A stretch of DNA of 64,000 nt from Takakia lepidozioides (taxonomy: Eukaryota > Plantae > Bryophyta). Made by a program: the position numbers and the translations under genes. Within the stretch, counting starts at the first letter, position 1. Every line of letters starts with the position of its first letter. Shown piece after piece: positions 62,946 to 64,000 of this stretch. The notes below the pieces were generated by a model. It did not search any database. It was not told the DNA's origin and was given only the letters and a program-made list of their open reading frames with translations. The stretch spans positions 51,646,001 through 51,710,000 of the forward strand of contig CM060733.1 in NCBI GenBank assembly GCA_030704615.1, in the 5' to 3' direction.

Positions 62946-64000
62946 CGATATCAATTGGCAATGTGAAGAACACCTCCAAAGCTTTACGACTCCACTTTCG
63001 CTGATCTTTCTATTGCTCTCTAGCCTTAGGGCGCTCGTCAAACTTTAGTCATGGCCTAGTTATTGCTTTTTCGTTCCATGCTTTCTGTCTCGGGGTGTTC
63101 TTGCCCTGTTGGTTCTCCCTCCCTTGCAATGGGCTGATTCGTATTTTCACTGACTACGGTGTGGGTGCCTTATGGTATAATCCAGGGTTTTAATTTTATT
63201 TCCCACAATTTGTTTTCCCACAATAATCCCAAATAAAGCTCTCTCAGGACCTCAGTCCCTGTTTATATGTGTGTGTGCCTGTGTGTGTGTCATAATATGT
63301 TTTATTTCAGGTCGAACTTTATATTTGATTATTAGTATTTAAATCTTTAATTGTATTGATGTTTGCTCAAGTCTAAGCTATTATTGAGTCATACGAAAGC
63401 TTTTGTCAATAACCACATTGTAAATTTTATTAGAGGACAGTAGGATGAGAGATACTTGTACAAACAAGCATATACGTCAATGGAGATTTGTAGTGTCAAG
63501 CTCAGATAAAAATAAACTCTAAACTAGTATATATGGACGTCCGCGAGCAAAGTAGCTTACTAACTCCATACACATATCAAAGCCTTTGCAACAATGTCAT
63601 CTTTATCAAGTTAATAGCTACAAGATTGAGAGCATGATCTGGCTCTGGCCGGAGTTTTCTTTCTCTTCATAATCAAATCCGTAGAAGATAATCCCTCCAT
63701 GAAAATGAGCCTTTGCTATCAATATCAAGAAAATATCAATATCCAAACTCGCTTTCAACTACATCACATTTTTGTTGACTTCTCAAATACAATTTGTCGC
63801 CGTAGAGGCTGTAGAAAATATTACCAATCTGTCAATTCCCACCTCCAATACATCAGACTTGTACCTTATCATTTACTTAATGATAATATTTCAGGGCTTT
63901 CCGTCCCTTTCTTCCGATAATAATAGTAAACATCCAAAGAAAATGACCGTCCCGTCATCCAAATTCCCCAAGCGTACCACGTACTCATAGAATTACGAAT

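Noticed and set aside
63618-63992. Decayed minus-strand ORF, possibly viral or TE-derived
   Set aside because: Four stops in 125 codons and no recognisable motif; needs the next window.

Overview
Eukaryotic nuclear DNA, most likely from a non-seed land plant (PLS-type PPR fragments, a self-priming Tf1/Tcn1-like chromovirus, short GT-AG introns); the species cannot be fixed from sequence alone. The left ~33 kb is a nest of decaying transposons. It holds the 3' end of an LTR retrotransposon carrying an antisense protein kinase and a long sense accessory ORF, PPR fragments beside CACTA ends, a hAT element with two ~50-bp-period arrays of GCGACCGCC-N5/6-GGCGGTCGC palindromes, two convergent halves of a chromovirus, a second hAT pseudogene and small Helitrons. 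The right half is gene space: a DUF4228/PADRE gene, ~11 kb with no recognisable gene, GDP-mannose 3',5'-epimerase (6 exons), a PAO5-like polyamine oxidase (3 exons) and intronless PHF5A. The best candidate for an undescribed system is the retrotransposon-borne kinase cassette at 1-6028. All calls are by eye; no database search was run.
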